Virus record (IMG/VR): IMGVR_UViG_3300037631_001245
Location: 1-24,150 of that record
Strand: one strand, 5' to 3'
Length of the DNA stretch: 24,150 nucleotides
Source: a virus
Lineage: Duplodnaviria; Caudoviricetes
Positions 8,898 to 17,517 of the stretch are shown one piece after another (the stretch's first letter is position 1; each line of letters begins with the position of its first letter). Made by a program: the position numbers and the translations under genes. The notes beneath the pieces were generated by a model. It had not been told where the DNA came from, did no database searches, and worked only from the letters and a program-made list of their open reading frames with translations.

Positions 8898-10894
8898 TGA
8901 TAGTGTATCCTTCCGCCTGCGTACAGGCCGTCTATAAGTTTTTGATGGTACGGTGCTAAAATTCCTAAGCCATTATTAGTGCTGGCCACATAACCTCCCC
9001 CTGCACCCTGCACTTCTGGCTGCACTTCTGGGGTTGTTGGATCACCATCTGCATCAAATCCAAACTCATCACCTAGATCATCGGGAATCTCTGCATTTGG
9101 ATCTGCTGTTTCTTGACCTGACTGCCAGTCTTTGTACGCACCGTATGCACCAGTTGCATCAGACATAAATCCAGGTTCTGCTTTATAATCACTGATGACC
9201 TGAGTATTCTGATATGGTAACTGATTCATCATGCTCAGTGCAGTCTGTGTCTGTTGCTGTGGATAATCACGCTGTTCTTGGAAGTCTTGATAGCCAATAT
9301 CTAGGTCTCTTTGCTGTTCTTGCTGTGTCCTAGCACCAGCCTGTTCCATGGCCTGTAGCCTCTGCATTTGCATCTGCTGTTCTCTTTGAGCTTGTGTACC
9401 CATGCCACCAGCGATGTTAGCCATCTGGCCACCCATTTGAGCCACTTGACCGAGTGCCTTTCCTTGAGCATCAACAGCACCCTGCTGTCTTCCAAGCATC
9501 TCGCCCGAAGCTTTTAAGCCTTGTAGGCCAAGCTGTGTGCCACCCTGGGCAGCTTGGTATCCCTGCTGTTGAGCAGTAAGAGCTTGTTGCTGTCCTGTAG
9601 CCTGAGCCTGAGCAGCTTGTTGCTCTGCTGTTAGCTGTTGTCCTAGACCTTGCTGTTGTGCAGATCTATCTGCTTGGAATGCCTGCTGTGCAGACTCAAA
9701 TGCTTTCTGTTGTTGGCCACCAATAATGTCTGCAGCCTGCTGTGATACATCTCTAGCCTGCTGTGCAGCCTGAACACCCTGTCTCATACTACCAAGGTTA
9801 CCCGATGTAGCTGCCTGTGATGCGAGTTCCTGTCCTTGTATTTGTTGGAATTCTCTCAAAGCTTCTAGCTGTGGATCGGTAACTCCTTTGCCATACTGAG
9901 ACATGTAGTCCTGTAGGTTGGCTTGCGTTTGCATCTTAGGAGCGCCCATTTGCTGTCCTACGCCACGCATAGCTGTAGCAGCTTGACCAGCCTGTTGTTG
10001 TGACTCACGACCAGTGCCTCTCATTCCTGCACCAGCTAACTGACCTTGCAGTTCGGCTCGTTGTCCTAGTTGTTGTGCACCTGTAGCACCTTGAGAGAAT
10101 TGCTGTGCTAATTGGCCATACTGTGGCTGTAGTCCTTGTATTCCTTGGGCTGCCCCACCAACCATACCTTGTGCCTGTGTATAAGCATCTGCGGCTTGTT
10201 GCGTACCTGCTGGGCCTGTACCACGACCATAGGCACCATAAGCAGACCTAGCTAACGCTTGGTCCTGTGTAGTACCTGCTAATCTTTGCCCACCGTATGC
10301 TTGATATGGCTGACTAGCAATATTTTGTATATTACCTGTCAACTGAGCAGATAGCTGTGCCTGTTCAGGAGATACAAAGGATTCAACCTTTCTTTGCTGT
10401 ACTGGTCCACCTGGAGCATAACCAGATATCATTCCACCAGAAGCCCTCCCTCTCCATCCCTGAGCTTTTTTTGCTAACATACTCATTATACGATCTTTAT
10501 ATTCCCTATCACTAAGTGCGTCTGGCCCTGACGTAGGGTTGACTATAAGTCCTGTTGACCCCGGAATCATATCTACAACCGCATCTACACCTGCTAGTGT
10601 TGTTCCTGAAATACCAGCACCACCATACTTAAAGAGCTTCTTTAATAGGTCATCTTCCTCTTTGGCTGAATCAAACATGTTTTTAAGAAGGTCTATACGA
10701 TAGCTATCCTCGCGTCTACGAGGAGTTCTAGCTTCCTGTGTCTCAAGTACACCACCTTCATCATAGCCAGGAATCATTCCACCAGATGCTCTACCCATCG
10801 TGGGTTGCGTAGCTCCAAGCATCCTACTTACAAGTCTACGTATATCGGAGGGAACTTCTCCTCCTGCTTGATACGGGGGGTATCGTCTATTCAT
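8894..10894 (-). CDS. Gln/Ala/Gly-rich DNA transfer (ejection/pilot) protein
   Basis: Q/A/G-rich helical body with PYQAYGGQRLAG and QRDLDIGYQDFQEQRDYPQQQ motifs of the kind seen in podophage DNA-transfer proteins. I chose the 10894 start (GGTG 6 nt upstream, ATGAATAG overlap with the upstream stop); the track's start at 10906 is also possible. Confidence 0.7.
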   Translation of the reverse strand: MNRRYPPYQAGGEVPSDIRRLVSRMLGATQPTMGRASGGMIPGYDEGGVLETQEARTPRRREDSYRIDLLKNMFDSAKEEDDLLKKLFKYGGAGISGTTLAGVDAVVDMIPGSTGLIVNPTSGPDALSDREYKDRIMSMLAKKAQGWRGRASGGMISGYAPGGPVQQRKVESFVSPEQAQLSAQLTGNIQNIASQPYQAYGGQRLAGTTQDQALARSAYGAYGRGTGPAGTQQAADAYTQAQGMVGGAAQGIQGLQPQYGQLAQQFSQGATGAQQLGQRAELQGQLAGAGMRGTGRESQQQAGQAATAMRGVGQQMGAPKMQTQANLQDYMSQYGKGVTDPQLEALREFQQIQGQELASQAATSGNLGSMRQGVQAAQQARDVSQQAADIIGGQQQKAFESAQQAFQADRSAQQQGLGQQLTAEQQAAQAQATGQQQALTAQQQGYQAAQGGTQLGLQGLKASGEMLGRQQGAVDAQGKALGQVAQMGGQMANIAGGMGTQAQREQQMQMQRLQAMEQAGARTQQEQQRDLDIGYQDFQEQRDYPQQQTQTALSMMNQLPYQNTQVISDYKAEPGFMSDATGAYGAYKDWQSGQETADPNAEIPDDLGDEFGFDADGDPTTPEVQPEVQGAGGGYVASTNNGLGILAPYHQKLIDGLYAGGRIHYQ

Positions 10895-13800
10895 ATCTTT
10901 CACCATAGCTAAGAGGCACTACCTCGCTTAAATCAATTGGGTCAGGCTGTATTGCTGTACCCGTTCTATCCATTCTAACATCCGTAACAAATTGATCCAT
11001 TACGTCTGCACCACGCTCTGTGTTGCCACTACCTAAGTGGCCTACAACATCACCTGGCACAATATATTCTCCAGCAGATACAGCTATAGTTTGTTTATCA
11101 CCATTGGCATTCATCGTTGCATTTACATAAATGTCATCAGCCATTGCGTCTCCGCCACCACCATTAATTAGACCACCTTCCTGCATAGGTTGTTGCTGTG
11201 TAGCGGCCATCTGTTGTGATAATGCTTGTATTAGCTGATTCAAATCTGCTGAAGTTAACTGATATTTTCTCATTACTCGTTCTACTGTTTCTCTTGAACC
11301 AGGAGAGTCTAGTTGCATTGATGCCTGTGCTAAGGCTTGCAAATCTTCAGGACTTACATTTTCTACTAAGCCACCTTCAGCCATCCCGAGTCTAGACAGA
11401 AGCCCTGCACCACCAGCATCACCTGTGGCTGCGAAGTCCTCAGCAGTTCTCGGAAGTTGATGTGGATCAAGTCCACTCATTTGCTTATCAACAGGAGCCT
11501 CTGCATTTGGGTCAAACCATTTCTTTTCACCGTAGAATCCTGATCCTGCACCTGAAGACGGATTAACTGGTCCAGTAGCCATGGTCTGGCCTGTCGCTTC
11601 TGAACCAGGCATTGTTCTTGTTGCTCCGGCTGAACCAGATAAGCCTTGGTCATAGCCATGTCCCATGTATGGACCTTGTGCTGCAATGTACTCTTCGTCT
11701 CGTGTTACCTCACCAGTATTAAGATCAAGTTTTCCTGAAGGTGCTACGGCTGCATCCTTCTTCATGTCTGCTGCTTTTTTATCGTCTATGGTATATAGAT
11801 CCTGCTCATCCACCTCACCCATTTCTTCAACTTGTTCGCCTGCATCATCTGGATCAAGCTGGTTGGTTGCGGCAAGCTCTTTCTTCGCTTCAGTCTGTGC
11901 TTGCTCTACCTGTCTTTCCATTTCTTTTTCCATCTTGCCAGCACGTTTGTCGATCTCTTCTTGGGTCATTTCTCGCTTGCCTTCACGCACCTCTTCAGGA
12001 ATGTCCCCGTAAGGATTCATGTCATAAGTAGTTTCTATGCTACGTTCTGGTGCTTGTCCATACTCTCCTGGATCGGCAGTTGCAAACGGATCTAATTCAC
12101 CTTCACCTTCGCCTTCTTCGCCAGGTTCTGGCATAAAGGCAGCTGTCTGTGGAACAACATCTCTAACCTGATCTACAACAGGTTGAGTAGGCGCCTCGTA
12201 CTCATCTTCTCGAGGTGCTATTCTTGGTCGTGTAACACGAGACCTACGAGATCCAGTACCTCTACCTTGTGGCATAGTTCTTGGAAGATATGGTGCTACA
12301 CCAAACTCATCGCCACCTTCTTCGTCACCATACATTCCACCATACTGGTAGCCTGGTATCAAGCCACCAGATGCTTGGGCATAATTTACTGCTGGTTGAT
12401 TGCCATACGTTAGTTGTCCTGCAACACCTTGACGTTGAGGTTGTTGAGTAACTTGTCCAGGCATAACACGCCCCTGCGTACTCATTGGATTTACCATGCC
12501 TACATTACCAAACCCACCTTCTCCTTGAGCGGCTTGTTCTGCGGCACCTCTTTGGCCAGCTGCCTCGGTTACGCCAAGTGATAGTAGATCTCCTGGGTCT
12601 ATATCACCAGCTACATCAAGGACTTGTTTACCAATATCTTTATCAGTAAGGGCTGTCTTAATCCCACCCCATAGTCCCTTATCTTTTAGTCCTTCAATGT
12701 CACCTAGCTTGTCGCCAAGGTTTCCAATCATACGAGCCCTATTAGCACCTTGTGCCAATCGACCCAAGTTAAAACCTTTACCCGATGTTACATCGCCAAG
12801 TGCTGTACCTAATCCACCTAATCCCATTCCGGCTAATGTGCCTACACCAGGAATCATACTTGCAAATGGTGCTGCTACTCCTGCTGCCTTCCCGAGTCCT
12901 TTACCTAGAGACTTAATCCCCTTCATTAAGCCACCAAGGAAGTATCCTGGCACTTCTCCACCATGTGCATAATCTGGCACCATACCACCGTGTGCCAAAC
13001 CAATAATACCACCAGACGCTCTGCTAATTAGAGGAGGTGCGGTCGCTCCGGTTCCAAGAGGTCTCATAAAATCTTCATCATATACTGGTCTATCTAAATA
13101 ATTACCTAATAATCGCGACATCGCACCTGCTTCTTCCGATTCACGACTTGCTCTTCTCTCATTAAACAGTGCTTCTAACTGAGCATTCCTCTCTTCAGCC
13201 TCTGCTTTTTCAGCAATCATTCTATCAAATTTACTACTAAGGTCAGAATCTCTAGCCTCTAAAGTATTACCAAGTAATTGTGACATCGAATTTACTTCTT
13301 GCAATTCACGATCCGCCCTTCTTTCATTAAACAGTGCTTCTAACTGAGCATTTCTTTCTTGAGCCTCTACTCTTTTAGCTATATCATTTTCCATAAGCCA
13401 TTCTGCCATAGGCTCTATGTCCAACTCACTACTAGAAGGACTCCTTGTTGCAACAGCCTTTTCTGGTATGCCCGACAAGAAACTATCCATAACACTATCT
13501 CGTATATAATCGTCTCTTGTCCCTATCTGATCCATAAGTAATTCTTGCATTTCAGCGTTTTCAAACAATTCACGGGGCGAAACATATGGTCCCCTTCCTA
13601 ATTCTGGATTCTCCCATTCACCGTCTGCGACATATCCTCGCTCACCAGGCTCGAGAGGAGCCGATGGAGAAGGTAGAGGTTTTAAGTTTTCTCTTCTTGC
13701 AGTATAGTCAGCTAAGTCTTTAGCCATAGATTCCCTAGCTTCACCTGCTGCTATAAGGGACTCGACTTCAGTCATTTGTGGCCCCAACCTACCAGGTGAA

Positions 13801-14474
13801 AACATAGCAGGCTTGTGAGGTACTCCTTTAAACTTCGACTCCCAACTGTATGGACCTAATTTAAATGGATTATTCGCCCCAGGAGGGCCACCATTCTGAT
13901 AACCTGGAATTCTGCCACCCATACTCATCTCCACTGGTTCAATTTTTAATCTCCATTCTTGTTCTGCTAATCCACCGCCAGTGCCTTGTTCTGAAGGTGC
14001 TGGAGATAAAGGTTTGGCAAAGCCTGGTCCACTCATTGGTCTAGGTGGAGCCTGCTCTATCATCGGCCCCATCCTTGCTAAATCATATGGTGACGGCCTA
14101 GCAGCCCCAATCATTTGGCTAGGATCTTCTTGAGGCCGTAGAGGTGTACCATCATAGCTTGTAGCACCTGGTACTGGAGGTCTACCACCTAAACTTTGAC
14201 CTCTCGACTCTATAGCAGCAGTAGTCTCTTCATCGGTAAGACCATAGCGAGCCTGAACATCAGCCCTATGTCCTGACATGTCTGGTGCAGACATCTGTTG
14301 ACCTACACCGATCATACGAGATGTAGGTGCATCAAGTGACATATTTTGAAATGGTTGGCCCATATCTTGACGACCCAACTGTTCGACCATACCAGGCTGT
14401 GGCTGATATGGATTACTAGACATCATCTTTCCACGTAATCCAGCTAGGCCACCATAGGGAGAAGCTAATTCCAT
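10887..14474 (-). CDS. Large, mostly low-complexity internal virion/ejection protein (1195 aa) with a conserved C-terminal GG..D.I..VS.GEYIVP.DVV..LG.G domain
   Basis: ATG directly follows the upstream TAA. Several hydrophobic-x-x-GG tags, a central amphipathic/hydrophobic Gly-rich segment and acidic linkers. The C-terminus MQEGGLINGGGGDAMADDIYV..VSAGEYIVPGDVVGHLGSGNTERGADVMDQFV..VRMDRTG resembles a module common in phage internal and tape-measure proteins. Confidence 0.7.
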   Translation of the reverse strand: MELASPYGGLAGLRGKMMSSNPYQPQPGMVEQLGRQDMGQPFQNMSLDAPTSRMIGVGQQMSAPDMSGHRADVQARYGLTDEETTAAIESRGQSLGGRPPVPGATSYDGTPLRPQEDPSQMIGAARPSPYDLARMGPMIEQAPPRPMSGPGFAKPLSPAPSEQGTGGGLAEQEWRLKIEPVEMSMGGRIPGYQNGGPPGANNPFKLGPYSWESKFKGVPHKPAMFSPGRLGPQMTEVESLIAAGEARESMAKDLADYTARRENLKPLPSPSAPLEPGERGYVADGEWENPELGRGPYVSPRELFENAEMQELLMDQIGTRDDYIRDSVMDSFLSGIPEKAVATRSPSSSELDIEPMAEWLMENDIAKRVEAQERNAQLEALFNERRADRELQEVNSMSQLLGNTLEARDSDLSSKFDRMIAEKAEAEERNAQLEALFNERRASRESEEAGAMSRLLGNYLDRPVYDEDFMRPLGTGATAPPLISRASGGIIGLAHGGMVPDYAHGGEVPGYFLGGLMKGIKSLGKGLGKAAGVAAPFASMIPGVGTLAGMGLGGLGTALGDVTSGKGFNLGRLAQGANRARMIGNLGDKLGDIEGLKDKGLWGGIKTALTDKDIGKQVLDVAGDIDPGDLLSLGVTEAAGQRGAAEQAAQGEGGFGNVGMVNPMSTQGRVMPGQVTQQPQRQGVAGQLTYGNQPAVNYAQASGGLIPGYQYGGMYGDEEGGDEFGVAPYLPRTMPQGRGTGSRRSRVTRPRIAPREDEYEAPTQPVVDQVRDVVPQTAAFMPEPGEEGEGEGELDPFATADPGEYGQAPERSIETTYDMNPYGDIPEEVREGKREMTQEEIDKRAGKMEKEMERQVEQAQTEAKKELAATNQLDPDDAGEQVEEMGEVDEQDLYTIDDKKAADMKKDAAVAPSGKLDLNTGEVTRDEEYIAAQGPYMGHGYDQGLSGSAGATRTMPGSEATGQTMATGPVNPSSGAGSGFYGEKKWFDPNAEAPVDKQMSGLDPHQLPRTAEDFAATGDAGGAGLLSRLGMAEGGLVENVSPEDLQALAQASMQLDSPGSRETVERVMRKYQLTSADLNQLIQALSQQMAATQQQPMQEGGLINGGGGDAMADDIYVNATMNANGDKQTIAVSAGEYIVPGDVVGHLGSGNTERGADVMDQFVTDVRMDRTGTAIQPDPIDLSEVVPLSYGERYE
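13100..13370 (-). repeat. Two-copy intragenic repeat, 165-nt (55-aa) period, EAxERNAQLEALFNERRA...MSxLLGN
   Basis: Exact 29-nt match tcattaaacagtgcttctaactgagcatt at 13159-13187 and 13324-13352. Confidence 0.9.
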
Positions 14475-14807
14475 TTAACTAGTCTCCACGCCAAATAGAG
14501 TAAAGGCTACTTCATCTGCCGCTGAAGATCTCACTGTCACCACATCTCCGTTCTGTAGGGTGATACCAATAATTATAAAAACAGAATCATTAGCTGCTAA
14601 CGCTTTCCCGTAGTAGATGTAGTGTTCATTTGCTACGGTTGCACCCAGCGGACGCACAGCCACCCTAATGTTTGGCGTGTTCCCTGTGAGATTGCAGGCG
14701 ACAAGTGAGCTTACTGTAGTCATCGTGTCATCAGGCACGGTATACAGGTCTGCATTGTTCGTATCAGCAGGTGCCACTTGTCCCAGTACCTTTAATGTAT
14801 CAGCCAT
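14475..14807 (-). CDS. Small beta-rich conserved phage virion protein (110 aa)
   Basis: MADTLKVLGQVAPADTNNADLYTVP..VSSLVACN..GITLQNGDVVTVRSS..FTLFGVE, a pattern I recognise from small proteins encoded after nozzle genes in environmental phages. Overlaps the upstream stop. Confidence 0.7.
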   Translation of the reverse strand: MADTLKVLGQVAPADTNNADLYTVPDDTMTTVSSLVACNLTGNTPNIRVAVRPLGATVANEHYIYYGKALAANDSVFIIIGITLQNGDVVTVRSSAADEVAFTLFGVETS

Positions 14808-15003
14808 TACTGGCTCCTAGCAATAAGAATTGATATTTACGCAATGACAAAGAACTGTCTTTATCGTCTTGTGTTTTAACAGATTCTAAATCACTGCTAA
14901 CATCCTGAAAGTTTTGTTCAATAGTTCTACGAGATATGCTTTCGTTAATCTCATCGTATTCTGATGGTGCCACATTAAGTGGCCGGTATACTTTTAAGGT
15001 CAT
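14800..15003 (-). CDS. Hypothetical phage protein (67 aa), probably tail-associated
   Basis: ATGA overlap with the nozzle gene stop; fills the gap exactly. LNVAPSEYD followed by a helical segment. Confidence 0.7.
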   Translation of the reverse strand: MTLKVYRPLNVAPSEYDEINESISRRTIEQNFQDVSSDLESVKTQDDKDSSLSLRKYQFLLLGASNG

Positions 15004-17381
15004 CGTCTGCTATCCTCTCTGCCATCAAGTCTTACAAATCCTACACGCCATCCATATCCTGCACCACTGCTTTGTACCTTCATGGATACCTGCCTAGCTC
15101 TCCCACGAACATGAGCCTGATCAGTACTCGAGGTAAAAGCTGCTGAGGCTATGGAACTTTGACTATCTGCTGGAAAGTTATGACCATTAAGACTAATAGT
15201 AACTTCATCAGTAGATTCAGCATTCTTAAAATGAATGTCAGGTATTATCCTATGGATAGACCAAGTTTTATCTCCTTCTCCAAGGTCCATATCGCCTGTT
15301 TCTATATATGCTGTCATTGCAGACTGATCATCGTCATGTCCACTTTCATGGTTATATAATACGTTTTCGTATAAAATCTCTACAGTTCCACCGCCACCTG
15401 TGTCTGCTGTAGCAGTATCTGCTATCGTAATGGTGTAATTATCAACATCTGTGACCGAGACTACGGTATGTTGGTTGTTTAGCAGTAAGGCTTCTAGCCC
15501 TCCAGTTGCTGATGCACCCTTAATTATGATAGTGTCACCTACAGATAATCCATGATTTGTACTGCTAATAGAAACATTACTCGTAGAGGCAGTAGTTGTG
15601 GTCAGTGGATTGGTAGCCAATTCTTTTGTAAGTATGGAAGAAGCTATGGGGTATGTCTTAGTTACAGCCTGGTTCCATTGTCCACGGGCCAAGCTTCCTG
15701 CATACCAAGCATTCTCTTCATAATTAAAAATTACATACTTATCATTACTGCCATCTCCTGATGCAGATGGATAGAACCATATAATTTCTGAGAAATCTGG
15801 ATTTGATCCTGCTACAACTTTAAATGTTTGATCTGTATCAAAATCATCAAACACTGTCGTTAGTATAGGACACGGTAGCTTTTGAACACTACCAGCATAC
15901 CTATAGAAAGCTCCACGATCCATAAAGTAAACTGTTCCGTTAGCGTTTACTGCAGCATTTGGAGAGATCATTGAAATACTTCTTGCTACTTCTGTAAATG
16001 AGAAATAAAAGGGACTGCCCACATATCTCATGCTGACCATACCTGCATCAGTCCAAATCAGTATTTCCTGTCGGGTTGCCATGCCTGCAATGATCTCAGA
16101 GCCTGATGACAGTTTCTGACCACCAGCGCTGTTTGTAGCCAATGCTTGCCATGTGCCTACAGTTTCAGAGCTAGACCACCTCACATTCAATGGATCTATT
16201 GTTGTAGAGTTTATATCTGTGGCTCCAAGACATACAACGTGTCTGGCTACATCTGACATTAAGACTTGAATAGCACCGACCGGGGGATAGTAAGTACCTG
16301 CCTTGTAAGAAGCTGTAACACTCGATCCACCAGCAGTTGCAGTACCAGAAGCATTGGCGCCACCGAGATCTGCCGTGAACTCCGCCTTATTCGTTACAGA
16401 AGCAACTGTCATTTCTACATTTAATCTTGCCGCACTAATGCCACCAGTTGCAGTAGCCCCTGCTATCGTCACTAAATCTCCGACGGCTGCACCATGCCCA
16501 CCTTTATCTTTTACCGTAACAACCGTGCTACCACTTGCAGTTGTTATAGGATTCGATGTAAGAGTTAGAGACCTACGGACAACTTCTTCTAAAGGTATTG
16601 CTCTAGTCGAAGTTCCATTGCTTTCATCCCAGTAAAAGATTTTACCTTGGCGTACACATGCAAGCATGTCATCACCAAAGTTATCTATAGACCAGAGACG
16701 TAGCTGGTTCGCTTGTCCAATTCCTGTGGCCGATCCCCATGTGCTTGCACCCCAAGTGCCTGAGCCATAACCACCACCAGATACATAAGTATCCAGGCCT
16801 ACATTAATTTGAAATGCAGCAGTTACACTTGACCCGCCTTCGGCTGTATCTGTAGATGTAGCCTGAGCATCGCATACGACACGAAACTTAGTAGTAGTGT
16901 CAGACCCATCTGGAGCACCTAATGCTGCAATACGATGCTCTTTATTCAGGCTACCAGTACCAATCCCACCTGATGCTGTCGCGCCAGCTATAGTCACATA
17001 GTCTCCTACCACTGCCCCATGAGCACCGGATGTAGTAATTGTGATCACAGCAGTCTCGTCTACAGTAGCTATTGGGTCTGTACCCAGGGTTACAGAACTG
17101 CGAATCGGAGTAACATCATAATATCCACCACCCAGGTTAACGTATAGCTTTAATGTCGTCCCGAGACCTAGATATTGTCCACCGTCGTCAGTCACCCAGT
17201 CATGGAGACTTCTACATACGCCCAAAAAACGAGCAGTTATATACTTAGACCATCCACCGATCTTTTCTATAAAACCCTTACGAAACCGGACCTTATCAGC
17301 ATCATACCATGTTCCTTCAGCAGAATACCTGGTGCCGTCAGTAACCATACCCGCTTTCGGGGCAATCTTCATCAATGCCAT
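15000..17381 (-). CDS. Phage stabilization/tail nozzle protein (P22 gp10/T7 gp12-like) with three inserted beta-rich domains (793 aa)
   Basis: N-terminal GTWYDADKVRFRKG..EKIGGW; beta-propeller-like motifs LWSIDNFGDD, VRWSSSE, EILIWTD, VYFMDRG.FYRY.G and FSEIIWFYPS..YVIFNY.EN.WY.G.L.R; C-terminal YIETGD and RGRARQ..WRVG..RLD. Confidence 0.8.
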   Translation of the reverse strand: MALMKIAPKAGMVTDGTRYSAEGTWYDADKVRFRKGFIEKIGGWSKYITARFLGVCRSLHDWVTDDGGQYLGLGTTLKLYVNLGGGYYDVTPIRSSVTLGTDPIATVDETAVITITTSGAHGAVVGDYVTIAGATASGGIGTGSLNKEHRIAALGAPDGSDTTTKFRVVCDAQATSTDTAEGGSSVTAAFQINVGLDTYVSGGGYGSGTWGASTWGSATGIGQANQLRLWSIDNFGDDMLACVRQGKIFYWDESNGTSTRAIPLEEVVRRSLTLTSNPITTASGSTVVTVKDKGGHGAAVGDLVTIAGATATGGISAARLNVEMTVASVTNKAEFTADLGGANASGTATAGGSSVTASYKAGTYYPPVGAIQVLMSDVARHVVCLGATDINSTTIDPLNVRWSSSETVGTWQALATNSAGGQKLSSGSEIIAGMATRQEILIWTDAGMVSMRYVGSPFYFSFTEVARSISMISPNAAVNANGTVYFMDRGAFYRYAGSVQKLPCPILTTVFDDFDTDQTFKVVAGSNPDFSEIIWFYPSASGDGSNDKYVIFNYEENAWYAGSLARGQWNQAVTKTYPIASSILTKELATNPLTTTTASTSNVSISSTNHGLSVGDTIIIKGASATGGLEALLLNNQHTVVSVTDVDNYTITIADTATADTGGGGTVEILYENVLYNHESGHDDDQSAMTAYIETGDMDLGEGDKTWSIHRIIPDIHFKNAESTDEVTISLNGHNFPADSQSSIASAAFTSSTDQAHVRGRARQVSMKVQSSGAGYGWRVGFVRLDGREDSRR

Positions 17382-17382
17382 A

Positions 17383-17517
17383 TTATTGACCTACTATAAA
17401 TAAAGAATTCGTACAACGTATATCGTTAGGGATATTATATGCACGACAATCACTCATAGTTTTTACACATCCTGTTATAGCAAAAAAACTTAATCCTATC
17501 AAAAATATCCTTACCAT
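17383..17517 (-). CDS. Small putative lipoprotein (44 aa), absent from the ORF track
   Basis: MVRIFLIGLSFFAITG-CVKTMSDCRAYNIPNDIRCTNSLFIVGQ*: basic N-terminus, hydrophobic core and lipobox ITGC (Cys17). The start overlaps the upstream stop (ATGGTAA) and the stop ends 1 nt before the nozzle ATG, so it fills the gap exactly. Confidence 0.75.
   Translation of the reverse strand: MVRIFLIGLSFFAITGCVKTMSDCRAYNIPNDIRCTNSLFIVGQ

Noticed and set aside
8560-9030. Short direct repeats (ccaggcata, ccaccaggttgt, ctgcacttctgg)
   Set aside because: Simple in-frame low-complexity expansions (MPG, GQPG, PEVQ) in linkers, with no sign of a regulatory role.
8894-14474. Tape measure protein call for the long GG-motif proteins
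   Set aside because: No tail tube, sheath or tail assembly chaperone genes are seen, and the adaptor-nozzle-ejection order fits a short-tailed phage better.
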